Source: Paraspadella gotoi
Taxonomy: Eukaryota; Animalia; Chaetognatha
DNA length: 64,000 nucleotides
Direction: 5' to 3'
Assembly (NCBI GenBank): GCA_051294375.1
Contig: CM119266.1
Span: 21,341,987-21,405,986, forward strand
In this document: in pieces, positions 63,935 through 64,000 of the stretch
How the letters are laid out: each line of letters begins with the position of its first letter
Numbering within the stretch: the stretch's first letter is position 1
Made by a program: the position numbers and the translations under genes
Notes under the pieces: model-generated
Seen by the model: the letters and a program-made list of their open reading frames with translations, nothing else
Database searches by the model: none
What the model was told of the DNA's origin: nothing

Positions 63935-64000
63935 CTCCGGAGGAGTCGTCCTTGGACGGATTCCAATAAAATTTTAAATAGCTATAAAAGTTATCTATTT

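Overview
Eukaryotic genomic DNA, most likely from an invertebrate animal (inference: short AT-rich spliceosomal GT-AG introns, CpG-rich exons, abundant (GA)n microsatellites). By splicing exons by hand I reconstructed six intron-containing genes: (1) a secreted astacin zinc metalloprotease (+, 14747-16666); (2) a secreted vWA + pentraxin-domain protein (-, 32310-34435); (3) a small secreted cysteine-rich ITG/prohormone-3-like peptide missing from the ORF track (-, 35267-37593); (4,5) two tandem SLC22/MFS transporter paralogs (-, 51294-53880 and 54482-57032); (6) a protein with five copies of an unrecognised paired-repeat domain (-, 57931-61714, possibly extending to 63934). About a third of the window is probably false duplication from unpolished long-read gap filling, with noisy copies near 25-N gaps. 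The most unusual non-coding feature lies in intron 1 of the peptide gene: a two-copy, ~417-nt-period, highly structured repeat with a tRNA-like head followed by a module resembling a permuted twister ribozyme or a second tRNA-like fold. All gene models and RNA structures are manual and unverified by tools.
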